Numbered from the stretch's first letter, positions 44,249 through 53,325 are shown. The stretch is DNA of 64,000 nucleotides from Candidatus Poribacteria bacterium (GCA_022821725.1 JAJEDB010000115.1:17457-81456); one strand, 5' to 3'. Numbers and translations: made by a program. The notes: generated from the letters alone by a model not told the origin.

Positions 44249-45028
44249 ATGATTTCGATTCGGAATGTTACAAAAAATTTTGGAGGCAAAAACGTTTTAA
44301 ATGGGTTAAGCCTCGAAATTCCACGCGGTGAGACGCTCGTGATTATGGGACAAAGTGGGTGTGGTAAGAGTGTACTCCTCAAAATTATTACCGGGTTGAT
44401 GTCTGCGGATTCCGGTGAAATTTGGTTCGATGGAACGGAAATATCAAGTCTGAACGGAAAAAAGATAAATAACCTCCGCCGAAAAATTGGAATGCTATTC
44501 CAGTCGGCTGCCCTCTTTGATTCGATGACCGTCGCGGAGAACGTCGCTTTTATGCTCAATCAGCATACAGATCTTGACAAGCGAGAGATGCGTAAGGTGG
44601 TTGACGAGAAGCTCAGCCTTGTTGATTTAGAGGGTGTCCAAGACTTGCGACCCGCTGAATTAAGTGGCGGTATGCGAAAACGGGTTGGACTCGCACGCGC
44701 CCTCGCATTTGATCCAGAGGTTATTCTCTACGACGAACCCACGACAGGGCTTGACCCGGTTACCTGTACCGAAATCAATCAACTTATTAAAGATCTCCAT
44801 GAGCGGTTACAAGTCACCTCCGTTGTGGTTACACATGATATGCACAGTGCCTTCAGTGTCGCAACCCGAATGGCGATGATTCATGAAGGCAAGCAGGTCG
44901 CTTATGGCAGACCCGATGAAATTATCAACATCGACGATCCCATTTTGCAACAGTTCATTCTATTTGGGGCACCAGATCAGATTCTCAACATGGAAAATCC
45001 CATTTTGAAAAAATATTTGGGGAGGTAG
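44249..45028 (+). CDS. mlaF: MlaF-family ABC transporter ATP-binding protein
   Basis: Walker A GQSGCGKS, signature LSGGMRKR, Walker B ILYDEPT. Confidence 0.9.
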   Translation: MISIRNVTKNFGGKNVLNGLSLEIPRGETLVIMGQSGCGKSVLLKIITGLMSADSGEIWFDGTEISSLNGKKINNLRRKIGMLFQSAALFDSMTVAENVAFMLNQHTDLDKREMRKVVDEKLSLVDLEGVQDLRPAELSGGMRKRVGLARALAFDPEVILYDEPTTGLDPVTCTEINQLIKDLHERLQVTSVVVTHDMHSAFSVATRMAMIHEGKQVAYGRPDEIINIDDPILQQFILFGAPDQILNMENPILKKYLGR

Positions 45029-45029
45029 T

Positions 45030-46592
45030 ATGAACTTTTGGACGGCTTCAGTAAAAGTCGGTGTAATGGTTCTTCTCGCAATCGTCTTGCTGACAATTCT
45101 TCTGACGAATGCTGAGAATTGGCCCTGGGCAACTGCTGGGGATGAACTGACCTTTCACTTTCGTTCTGTCAACGGGCTTTATGTCGGCGCAGGCGTTTAC
45201 TTATATGGGGTGCCAATCGGCAAGGTAACGGCTATCGAACTCCGTCCTGACACGGATAATGTGCGCATCAAAGCGAAAGTCAAAAACGCTTTTGAGTGGT
45301 TGCGGGAGGACTGTAGTGCCAGAATTTCCATGAATGGATTTGTCGGTGAAATTTATATCGCACTTGACAATGGACCGGTTGGGAACCCCGCATTAAAGCC
45401 AGCGAACTTGCCGATTGTTGGAAAAGACCCTGTCAATGCTTTGGATCTCCTTGAGCAGACAAGTGCTGGTATGACACAGGCTATTGAACTGACAACGGCT
45501 GCGAATGAAGTGCTACAGGCGAACCAAGAAGCGATTCAACTCGCCATTAAAGAGATTCGCGAGCTTGTCGCACTCACTGGAAAAACGATTGAGAAGTTAA
45601 GTCTTGACTCTGAGGAGACGGTAAAAACGCTAACACAACTCGCTTTAGAAAATGATAGGCGGTTTCAGGGAACCCTCGTAAAGGTGAATAACCTTGTAAC
45701 ACAGTTAGAAGGCGATTCCCTGATGGTGAGTAGTCAAATTAGTGACATCACGCGTGAACTCTTGAGACTTCTGAATCAGAATTCACCGAAGCTCAACACT
45801 ATTTTTACCGATATTCGCGCAACAACATCAGAATTTCGGCAGATAACACAGGATTTTCGATCAGATTTCGAGGCGTTAGCGACACAGGTTTCTGCCCTCG
45901 TTTCGCAAAGTAGGCGTGCTATTGAAACGGGAGAAGTCAATATCGCACCCATATTAGAAAATCTGAAGGCAACCACGGCTTCGGTCGCTACGTTGGAAGC
46001 GAGTGTCAATCGGTTTCTTACCACGCTTAACGAGGGGGAAGGGACCGTCGCCCAATTGCTGAACACACCGGAACCGCTTGAAGATGTCCGCCGAACCTTG
46101 CAAAATGTCGACGAAACGATGGATGCGGTAACGGAACTCTCTCAAAGAACTGAGAAGCAGTTGGAGCAATTTGATTTACCGCAGTTTGGCTGGGACTATG
46201 AACTCCGTTATCTGAGTCTTGAAGAGCGACTCCACAACGAGTTGGCATTTTTACTCTCTCAAGGATCTGAGGCGCACTACAGACTCGGGATCGGGGTGCG
46301 GGACGAGAAAATTCGGTTTGAACTTCAGTATGGGTATAATGTGACAGATTTTCTTCAGGCACGTGCTGGGTTTATGCATTCCAGAGTCGGCGCGGGGCTC
46401 GATGTGTGGTTATGGTCCCGACGTTTCGGCATCAGCGTTGAAGGTGTGGGGTTGACAAGCGGGGAGCCCGAGTTAAACGCGGAAATGGGATTTCGGTTCT
46501 TCCGATATGGACAATTCCTACTTGGTGTAGAGAATGTGACCCGTGAGCGGCGCTGGACAACAGGATTCCGCTTCTTTGACGGTGAATGGTAG
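45030..46592 (+). CDS. mlaD: long MlaD/MCE-domain protein with helical extension and C-terminal beta-barrel-like region
   Basis: N-terminal TM, MCE block (GLYVGAGVYLYGVPIGKV), about 250 aa of helical repeats. The last 130 aa or so have alternating hydrophobic strands and end FRFFDGEW. Confidence 0.75.
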   Translation: MNFWTASVKVGVMVLLAIVLLTILLTNAENWPWATAGDELTFHFRSVNGLYVGAGVYLYGVPIGKVTAIELRPDTDNVRIKAKVKNAFEWLREDCSARISMNGFVGEIYIALDNGPVGNPALKPANLPIVGKDPVNALDLLEQTSAGMTQAIELTTAANEVLQANQEAIQLAIKEIRELVALTGKTIEKLSLDSEETVKTLTQLALENDRRFQGTLVKVNNLVTQLEGDSLMVSSQISDITRELLRLLNQNSPKLNTIFTDIRATTSEFRQITQDFRSDFEALATQVSALVSQSRRAIETGEVNIAPILENLKATTASVATLEASVNRFLTTLNEGEGTVAQLLNTPEPLEDVRRTLQNVDETMDAVTELSQRTEKQLEQFDLPQFGWDYELRYLSLEERLHNELAFLLSQGSEAHYRLGIGVRDEKIRFELQYGYNVTDFLQARAGFMHSRVGAGLDVWLWSRRFGISVEGVGLTSGEPELNAEMGFRFFRYGQFLLGVENVTRERRWTTGFRFFDGEW

Positions 46593-46761
46593 TCAGCTGT
46601 CGGTAAAGAGATTTTCGCCTCATAAAGGTTTCCTCAAGGTAAAATTAGAAACCGTAGCCTGCAACAACGGAGCAGGCGGATATAGAGAACGCACTTCAAA
46701 GTCGAAACGCACGTTATGCCTCCGCAAGGTAAAATTAAAGACCGCAAGGTAAAATTAAAAA
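46593..46761 (+). repeat. mosaic leader repeat, full-length copy L2
   Basis: Fills the whole mlaD-stop to radA-ATG gap. GTAG hairpin GCCTGC/GCAGGC at 46654-46677. The start-proximal 20-nt box is tandemly duplicated (46722-46741 and 46742-46761). Confidence 0.85.
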
Positions 46762-48123
46762 ATGGCACGAGAGAGACGCAAATTTGTCTGTCAAGAATGT
46801 GGGTATACAACCCCAAAGACCCTGGGACGGTGTCCGAGTTGTCGGAGTTGGCAGAGTTTCGCCGAGGAAGTAGAAACCCTCACCACACTCTCGAAACATC
46901 GGGATATCGGACAAGTGTCGCGCGAACCCGAACCCATTTCGCAGGTTACAGCCAACGAAGTAGAGCGACATCTAACGGGCATGTTGGAGTTTGACAGAGT
47001 GCTGGGGGGCGGGATTGTGCCAGGCTCTGTGGTCCTTATCGGCGGCGATCCTGGGATAGGCAAATCTACGTTGTTACTACAAGCCGGTGATGCATTGAGT
47101 CGGAACTATGGCGATGTGCTTTATGTTTCCGGTGAAGAATCTGTGAGCCAGACGAAACTCCGGGCGACTCGGCTCGGCGTTGCCTCTGATACGCTTTATG
47201 TGCTGTGTGAAAACAATTTAGAGCAGATTGAAAAGTATATTGAGGCACGCGCCCCGAAGGTCGTCATTGTTGATTCTATACAGACGGTTTATCTATCGAG
47301 CATCCCATCTGCCCCTGGGAGTGTCACCCAGATTCGTGAGTGTGCAGGACATCTCCTAATTTGTGCGAAGAATCGGAATATCCCCGTATTTCTCGTTGGA
47401 CATGTGACAAAGGAAGGGGCACTCGCAGGACCTCGCGTTTTAGAGCACATGGTGGATACTGTCCTCTATTTTGAAGGGGAACAACACCAAATTTACCGTA
47501 TCCTTCGAGCAATCAAAAATCGGTTCGGTTCCACGAATGAGATCGGAATCTTTGAAATGCAAAGCGCAGGACTCGTGGATGTGATGAACCCGTCAGAACT
47601 CTTTTTAAGCAATAGGGAAGCAGAAGTTTCAGGATCCGTCGTGGTTTCAAGTATAGAAGGGACCCGTCCCCTACTCATGGAGGTGCAGGCACTCGTCGTG
47701 CCTACACATTACGGAAACCCACGCAATACAGCAGCTGGGGTGGATAGACATCGGATTGCTTTACTCATTGCGGTCCTCAATAAAAGGGTGGGGATTAACG
47801 TCGGGGATTCTGATGTTTTCGTTAATGTTACCGGTGGGTTGCGTATTGCTGAACCCGGAATAGACCTCGGTGTCATGATGGCAATATCCTCAAGTCATCG
47901 CGATCTCCCTGTGGATCGGAAGACTGTTGTGATCGGTGAGGTTGGGCTTGGGGGTGAAATTCGTCCTGTAACGCACGTGGAGAGACGTATCCGGGAAGCC
48001 GCGAAGTTAGGCTTTAGACGAGTGATTTTCCCTGAATATAATCGGAAAGGCTTGGAAATTGACGAGGATATTGAACTTGTGGGGGTTAGCGACGTATATG
48101 ACAGTCTGGGGGCTTTGCTGTAA
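46762..48123 (+). CDS. radA: DNA repair protein RadA
   Basis: Zinc finger CQECGYTTPKTLGRCPSC, Walker A GGDPGIGKST, KNRFG motif, Lon-like C-terminal domain. Confidence 0.95.
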   Translation: MARERRKFVCQECGYTTPKTLGRCPSCRSWQSFAEEVETLTTLSKHRDIGQVSREPEPISQVTANEVERHLTGMLEFDRVLGGGIVPGSVVLIGGDPGIGKSTLLLQAGDALSRNYGDVLYVSGEESVSQTKLRATRLGVASDTLYVLCENNLEQIEKYIEARAPKVVIVDSIQTVYLSSIPSAPGSVTQIRECAGHLLICAKNRNIPVFLVGHVTKEGALAGPRVLEHMVDTVLYFEGEQHQIYRILRAIKNRFGSTNEIGIFEMQSAGLVDVMNPSELFLSNREAEVSGSVVVSSIEGTRPLLMEVQALVVPTHYGNPRNTAAGVDRHRIALLIAVLNKRVGINVGDSDVFVNVTGGLRIAEPGIDLGVMMAISSSHRDLPVDRKTVVIGEVGLGGEIRPVTHVERRIREAAKLGFRRVIFPEYNRKGLEIDEDIELVGVSDVYDSLGALL

Positions 48124-48319
48124 TACGATTCGCTATGTGTTGATGATAAAGCCTGAATGTGAGCATTGTTAAGTCGGTTTGTTTATAGAATAAGTCGCTA
48201 ATTTATTGGGGCGCAGATACTGGTAGACAGAAGTATCTTGTGAGCATAAATAGAATTCGCGCCCGTGAGAGGCAGCACTGTTTTTCGAGTTACACGTTGC
48301 GTACAATGGAGTACAAAAA

Positions 48320-49348
48320 ATGAAAGTTTGGGGTATCCGTCTCTTTTTTATACTTGCAAGTGCAGCAAGCTGCTATATCATTTACAGGGACCCAATTACA
48401 ACGGTTGTCGGATGTGTCATTACCCTTCTCCTGATTGGGGCAGAAATGTGTTTGCGTACACCGAGCATGCGTAGCATCATTGCAAGTCTGATAGGGCTTG
48501 CTGTAGGTCTATTAATTTCTATCGCTATACTACCGCTGCTTTCGCAACTCGATGGTAACCTAAAGATGGTGATGGTTCTCAGTCTGGGGTACATTGGCAT
48601 GATGGTCGGTTATCATCTCTCTACGACATTGGATTTAAGTCAACTGTCGAGATCAAACACACCTGCCCGCCCTGGCGAATCCCGTTCGGCTCAAGCTGCA
48701 AGTAACTTCAAAATTTTAGACACAAGTGTTATTATTGATGGGAGAATTCTTGAGATCTGTCAAACCAGATTTATCGAGGGAACGCTTGTTATTCCGCGGT
48801 TTGTTCTCAATGAGTTGCAACATATTGCAGACTCAACCGAACCTCTCCGTAGAAATAAGGGACGGCGCGGTTTCGATATTCTCCGAGCACTTCAGAACAA
48901 CCCAGCGATTGATGTTGAGATCTCAGAGGAGGAGGTCCCGCATTTGCCCGAAGTCGATGCAAAGTTAGTTCATCTCGCACAAAAGCGAGGGGCAACGATT
49001 ATCACAAATGATTTAAACCTCAACAAAGTCGCTGAATTGCAGAGTGTGAAGGTCCTCAATATCAACGAATTGTCAAACGCTGTTCGTCCCGTTGTCATTG
49101 CTGGTGAGGTAATTCAAGTACTCCTCCTTAAGGAGGGCAAGGAACCGAATCAGGGCGTTGGCTATCTTGATGATGGAACGATGGTAATTGTTGAAGATGG
49201 CAAGTCTTACATCGGAAGCACACTGAACGTTGAAGTTACACAGATGTTACGGACGAGTGCAGGTCAGATGATTTTCACGCGAATAAAAGAACATGAAGTG
49301 GACATTGATGAACAGCAAGGTGTGCGCTCTTATCCCCGCAGCTGGTAA
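48320..49348 (+). CDS. PIN/TRAM-domain membrane protein (YacL-like)
   Basis: Four N-terminal TM segments, PIN block FKILDTSVIIDGRI, C-terminal TRAM-like GEVIQVLLLKEGKEPNQGVGYLDDGTMVIVE. Confidence 0.8.
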   Translation: MKVWGIRLFFILASAASCYIIYRDPITTVVGCVITLLLIGAEMCLRTPSMRSIIASLIGLAVGLLISIAILPLLSQLDGNLKMVMVLSLGYIGMMVGYHLSTTLDLSQLSRSNTPARPGESRSAQAASNFKILDTSVIIDGRILEICQTRFIEGTLVIPRFVLNELQHIADSTEPLRRNKGRRGFDILRALQNNPAIDVEISEEEVPHLPEVDAKLVHLAQKRGATIITNDLNLNKVAELQSVKVLNINELSNAVRPVVIAGEVIQVLLLKEGKEPNQGVGYLDDGTMVIVEDGKSYIGSTLNVEVTQMLRTSAGQMIFTRIKEHEVDIDEQQGVRSYPRSW

Positions 49349-50009
49349 GGGGAGCCGGATGGCGCATTCGGTGAAAAAACCTTACTTAAAATTGGCACAG
49401 AAGCCGATTTTGGCACATACGATTCAGCGGTTTGAGCAGAATAGTGCTGTGGATGCGATTTTCGTCATTATTGACCGAGATGATTTTAGTGCGTGCCACG
49501 CTGCTGTGTTACATCCTTACCGATTTACAAAGGTCCAGGCACTTGTTGAGGGCGGAGAAACTCGTCAGATGTCTGTCTATAACGGTATCCGTGCCTTGTC
49601 CGCAGATGTTGATTTCGTAATTGTCCATGATGGGGTGCGTCCTTTTGTGACGGATGAGATCATTTTCGAGTGCCTCGCCGCAGCAGAGGAGTATGGCGCC
49701 GCTGTTGCAGCGGTGCCCGTCAAGGATACAATTAAAGTCGCCAACGCAGACAGTTTCATTCTGGAAACACCCGGGCGTGATCAGTTGTGGGCGGTGCAAA
49801 CCCCACAGGTCTTTCGGAAATCTCTTTTGGAAGAGGCACATCAAGCCGCGCAAGCACGTCAACTCACAGCGACTGACGATGCCTCGCTTGTTGAACAACT
49901 CGGTTTTCCCGTTAAGCTCGTGAAAGGGAGTTACGCGAATCTAAAGATAACGACACCCATTGATTTAAAGGTCGCTGAAGTGTTGATCTCAGATGCTACC
50001 CTTTGGTAA
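49308..50009 (+). CDS. ispD: 2-C-methyl-D-erythritol 4-phosphate cytidylyltransferase
   Basis: ALIPAAGKGSRM and VIVHDGVRPF. Start uncertain (49293, 49308 or GTG 49320). Overlaps the yacL-like 3' end. Confidence 0.85.
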   Translation: MNSKVCALIPAAGKGSRMAHSVKKPYLKLAQKPILAHTIQRFEQNSAVDAIFVIIDRDDFSACHAAVLHPYRFTKVQALVEGGETRQMSVYNGIRALSADVDFVIVHDGVRPFVTDEIIFECLAAAEEYGAAVAAVPVKDTIKVANADSFILETPGRDQLWAVQTPQVFRKSLLEEAHQAAQARQLTATDDASLVEQLGFPVKLVKGSYANLKITTPIDLKVAEVLISDATLW

Positions 50010-50043
50010 GAGGGTTTTCAGGCGTCGGAAGATATGAGAAAAA

Positions 50044-50517
50044 ATGCGAGTAGGTATTGGTTACGACGTTCATCGGTTGGTCTCTGATAGAAAATTGATT
50101 CTCGGTGGCGTTGAGATCTCATATCATTTGGGATTGTTAGGGCATTCAGATGCGGATGTCCTGACCCACGCAATCGTAGACGCAATTTTAGGAGCCGCTG
50201 CACTCGGTGATATTGGCACACATTTTCCCGATACGGATGAGCGTTATCAGGGGATGGACAGTCTTATTTTTCTGGCAACGGCTGCAGCACAGGTGAGACA
50301 ATGTGGCTACCAGATTGAAAATGTGGATAGTACAGTTATCGCACAGCGTCCGAAATTGGCGCCCTACATTTCGGAGATGCGTGCAAGACTTGCCAAAACG
50401 CTTGATATTGCTATCGCACAGGTGAACGTGAAGGCTACCACAGCGGAAGAATTGGGTGTTGTCGGCGAAGGGAAAGCGATTGTCGCACACGCTACCGCCT
50501 GTCTTTCTCGGATATAG
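50044..50517 (+). CDS. ispF: 2-C-methyl-D-erythritol 2,4-cyclodiphosphate synthase
   Basis: [11 protein letters not shown] and [19 protein letters not shown]. Confidence 0.95.
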   Translation: MRVGIGYDVHRLVSDRKLILGGVEISYHLGLLGHSDADVLTHAIVDAILGAAALGDIGTHFPDTDERYQGMDSLIFLATAAAQVRQCGYQIENVDSTVIAQRPKLAPYISEMRARLAKTLDIAIAQVNVKATTAEELGVVGEGKAIVAHATACLSRI

Positions 50518-50549
50518 ATATTTTTCTACAGGAGCCCATAATTAAAAAT

Positions 50550-51980
50550 ATGAAGATCTATAACTCACTGAGCCGGCAATTGGAGGATTTTGTCCCGCTA
50601 AATCCTGAACAGGTATCTATCTACAGTTGTGGTCCAACTGTTTACGATTACATTCACATGGGCAACGCACGCACTGCTTTAGTGACAGATATTGTTCGGC
50701 GTTATTTGGTATATAGAGGGTACAAAGTCAAACTGGTTCAAAATTTGACGGATATTGATGATAAGATTATCAATCGTGCGGCAGAATTAGGTGTGTCTGC
50801 AAAGCAACTTGCCCATCAGAACGGGGAAGCCTTTTTTGAGGATTCCCAACGCCTCGGTATCCATTGTGCGGATGTCCATCCGAAAGCAACCGAACACATC
50901 CCGGAAATGATAAGTTTAATTCAGACCCTGATTGATAAAGGGGCGGCTTATGTTATTGATGGAAGTGTTTATTACCGCGTGAATCAATTTGCTGAATATG
51001 GGAAACTTTCTGGTCGAAAGCCAGAGGATCTCCTCGCGGGGGCGCGGGTTGAAGTTGATGAGCGGAAGGAGGACCCGCGGGATTTTGATATGTGGAAAGC
51101 TGCAAAACCGGGTGAACCTGCTTGGGAGAGCCCGTGGGGTAAAGGCAGACCGGGATGGCATATAGAATGTTCTGCCATGGCGATGAAACATCTCGGTGAG
51201 ACAATTGATATTCACGCAGGGGGCGAAGATTTACTGTTCCCGCACCACGAAAATGAGATAGCACAGAGCGAATTGGCGACGGGGCGCACCTTCGCACGTT
51301 ACTGGATGCACATCGCTTTTTTGAAGATTGATGGCAGGCGAATGGGCAAATCGGAACACAATTTTATCCTGCTACGAGACGCTCTTGACCATTATCCCAC
51401 CGAAGTGATTCGTCATTTCCTGATCTCCGCACATTACCGGCACCCACTTGACTACAATCCGGAGAGTTTGGCGAAATCGGAAGGGGCGCTCAGGCGTTTG
51501 AACAACTGTTTGGACGCGTTGAAAAAATATGAGGGAGGTAAGGACGGGGTCCCCTCTTCCAATCTGGACAGGGAAACCCTGCCCCTACAGGAGGCAATCC
51601 AAACGATGAAATCGCGGTTTGTTGAGGCGATGGATACAGACTTCAACACCGCACAAGCACTTGGGGCTATTTTCACGCTTGTTGGCGAAGTCAACAGATC
51701 GCTTGCCACTTTTGATGGCGCAGCTGCCCCTGTTTTCGCGCGAGCCTATCAGGTGTTGACTGAAACCTGTGGGGTGCTCGGAATTTATGATATGGATGCC
51801 GAAGATGACAACAATGTGGAACAACGCGACCAGCTCATTGCCCTACTATTGGACGTCCGACAGGAGGCTCGAAGCCGCAAAGATTGGGATACATCCGATA
51901 AAATTCGGGACAGGCTTAAAGAACTCAACATTGAAATCCAGGACACCCGTGACGGGGCTACTTGGAAAATTATATCATAA
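50550..51980 (+). CDS. cysS: cysteine--tRNA ligase
   Basis: HIGH-type HMGNARTA, KMSKS-type RMGKSEHN, zinc-site GWHIECS. Confidence 0.95.
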   Translation: MKIYNSLSRQLEDFVPLNPEQVSIYSCGPTVYDYIHMGNARTALVTDIVRRYLVYRGYKVKLVQNLTDIDDKIINRAAELGVSAKQLAHQNGEAFFEDSQRLGIHCADVHPKATEHIPEMISLIQTLIDKGAAYVIDGSVYYRVNQFAEYGKLSGRKPEDLLAGARVEVDERKEDPRDFDMWKAAKPGEPAWESPWGKGRPGWHIECSAMAMKHLGETIDIHAGGEDLLFPHHENEIAQSELATGRTFARYWMHIAFLKIDGRRMGKSEHNFILLRDALDHYPTEVIRHFLISAHYRHPLDYNPESLAKSEGALRRLNNCLDALKKYEGGKDGVPSSNLDRETLPLQEAIQTMKSRFVEAMDTDFNTAQALGAIFTLVGEVNRSLATFDGAAAPVFARAYQVLTETCGVLGIYDMDAEDDNNVEQRDQLIALLLDVRQEARSRKDWDTSDKIRDRLKELNIEIQDTRDGATWKIIS

Positions 51981-51991
51981 GGAGTAAGAAA

Positions 51992-52630
51992 ATGATTTAT
52001 CGACCCATTGCGTTATTTTCAGTGTTCTGCTTGGTTTCCGTTATTTTCATAGGGTGCGCCGCGCTCTTCTCAGAACAGGAGTGGAGCGAAAATTATGCCC
52101 TCATGGAAGGGGTATCGGCGACAAGTCCACAGATGATTGATGGCAAATTGAACACGATTGGGGAAACCACCTTCCCCGCGGGATCGCAGGGATTCATTGG
52201 TGCAAATCCTGCTTCACAGGTCATAATTACCTTGCCGGAAAAAAAGACTATCCGTCGGATTGTCGTGCATTCGGACAATTTAAGTGAGTTTGATATTTAC
52301 GCCGATAAAGGCAGCATCGCTGTTGATGCGGATTGGCAGTTAATTAAGGACGTCCGGAGCGTCAAACAGAATCCGATTAAGATTGCGCTGCTGATTCCGT
52401 TTCCGACAGATCGTATTCGGTTACGCGTTTTAGGCACGAAAGATGACGCACTCTTGAGCCGACAGGAACGGGCACGTTCTGGCGGCAGAGGCTGGAATAT
52501 CGGGAGTCGGCGCGCCGTCGGAAAAATTCGAGAGATTGAACTTTACGGTTATAAAACCGCTGAACAGGTCGAAGAGGAACAGGCGACCGATAAGCGTGAA
52601 AAAGAACTTGATGAATTGCTCGATTTGTAG
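51992..52630 (+). CDS. lipoprotein with discoidin (F5/8 type C)-like domain, copy 1
   Basis: Lipobox VIFIGC behind GGAG. IRRIVVHSD...FDIYADKG...IRLRVL...IREIELYGY resembles galactose-binding-like domains. Confidence 0.55.
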   Translation: MIYRPIALFSVFCLVSVIFIGCAALFSEQEWSENYALMEGVSATSPQMIDGKLNTIGETTFPAGSQGFIGANPASQVIITLPEKKTIRRIVVHSDNLSEFDIYADKGSIAVDADWQLIKDVRSVKQNPIKIALLIPFPTDRIRLRVLGTKDDALLSRQERARSGGRGWNIGSRRAVGKIREIELYGYKTAEQVEEEQATDKREKELDELLDL

Positions 52631-52734
52631 TAACATAGGATAGAACATCAAGGTGGTTGTTTCTACAATACCGCCTCAATTTCATACGATAGGAAACGGC
52701 ATCTGTGCCGTTCTGGGCAACAAGGAGGCAATAC

Positions 52735-53325
52735 ATGCGTTTTGGATTATTGATACTGACCCTCTGCGTGGTGGTTGGGATGTCGGGCTGTATTCTCGCG
52801 TCGAATCCAGCTCTTAACTTGAGTAAGAACATCGCACTTGACGCAGCAAGCGAAGATACAAAGTACCATGACGACAATATCTACTCAGTAGGAGAGACAG
52901 GTCCGATTCTCGAAGATGGCAAGGATGAGGCATCCCAAATGGAGTCGGATAAATACACGGAGGCTGTCCTCAAATGGCGGCAACCCCAGACGATTCAGCA
53001 GGTCGTGGTGAAAGCCGAGCCGGGGCAACTGGAGTTCTTCGCGGTTCAGTACATGAATGATGAGGAAGAATGGATCACGATAAAAGAGGTTCGCGACAAC
53101 ATGCGTCCGGTCTACAGGTTCACTTTGAAGGATCCGATTGTGACGACGAAGTTTCGTCTCAAAGTGCCGCGCCGTTGGGACTCGCGTCGCGTCGGTGGGG
53201 CGAAACGCTCAACCCGTGGCGAAACTGGAGCACCCACTGCGCAAGAATATAAAAAGATTCAGGAAATTGAAATCTATTACGTGCTCCCACCGGATCCGAT
53301 GGAAGCTGGCACAGCAGAACAGTAA
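52735..53325 (+). CDS. lipoprotein with discoidin-like domain, copy 2 (tandem paralog)
   Basis: Lipobox VGMSGC behind AAGGAGG. IQQVVVKAE...FAVQYMND...FRLKVP...IQEIEIYYV is collinear with copy 1. Confidence 0.55.
   Translation: MRFGLLILTLCVVVGMSGCILASNPALNLSKNIALDAASEDTKYHDDNIYSVGETGPILEDGKDEASQMESDKYTEAVLKWRQPQTIQQVVVKAEPGQLEFFAVQYMNDEEEWITIKEVRDNMRPVYRFTLKDPIVTTKFRLKVPRRWDSRRVGGAKRSTRGETGAPTAQEYKKIQEIEIYYVLPPDPMEAGTAEQ

Noticed and set aside
46634-46994. ORFs 46716..46994 (+) and 46634..46816 / 46735..46971 (-) around the radA start
   Set aside because: They begin inside the leader repeat or run antisense to radA. Repeat-derived peptides such as MPPQGKIKDRKVKLK are artefacts.
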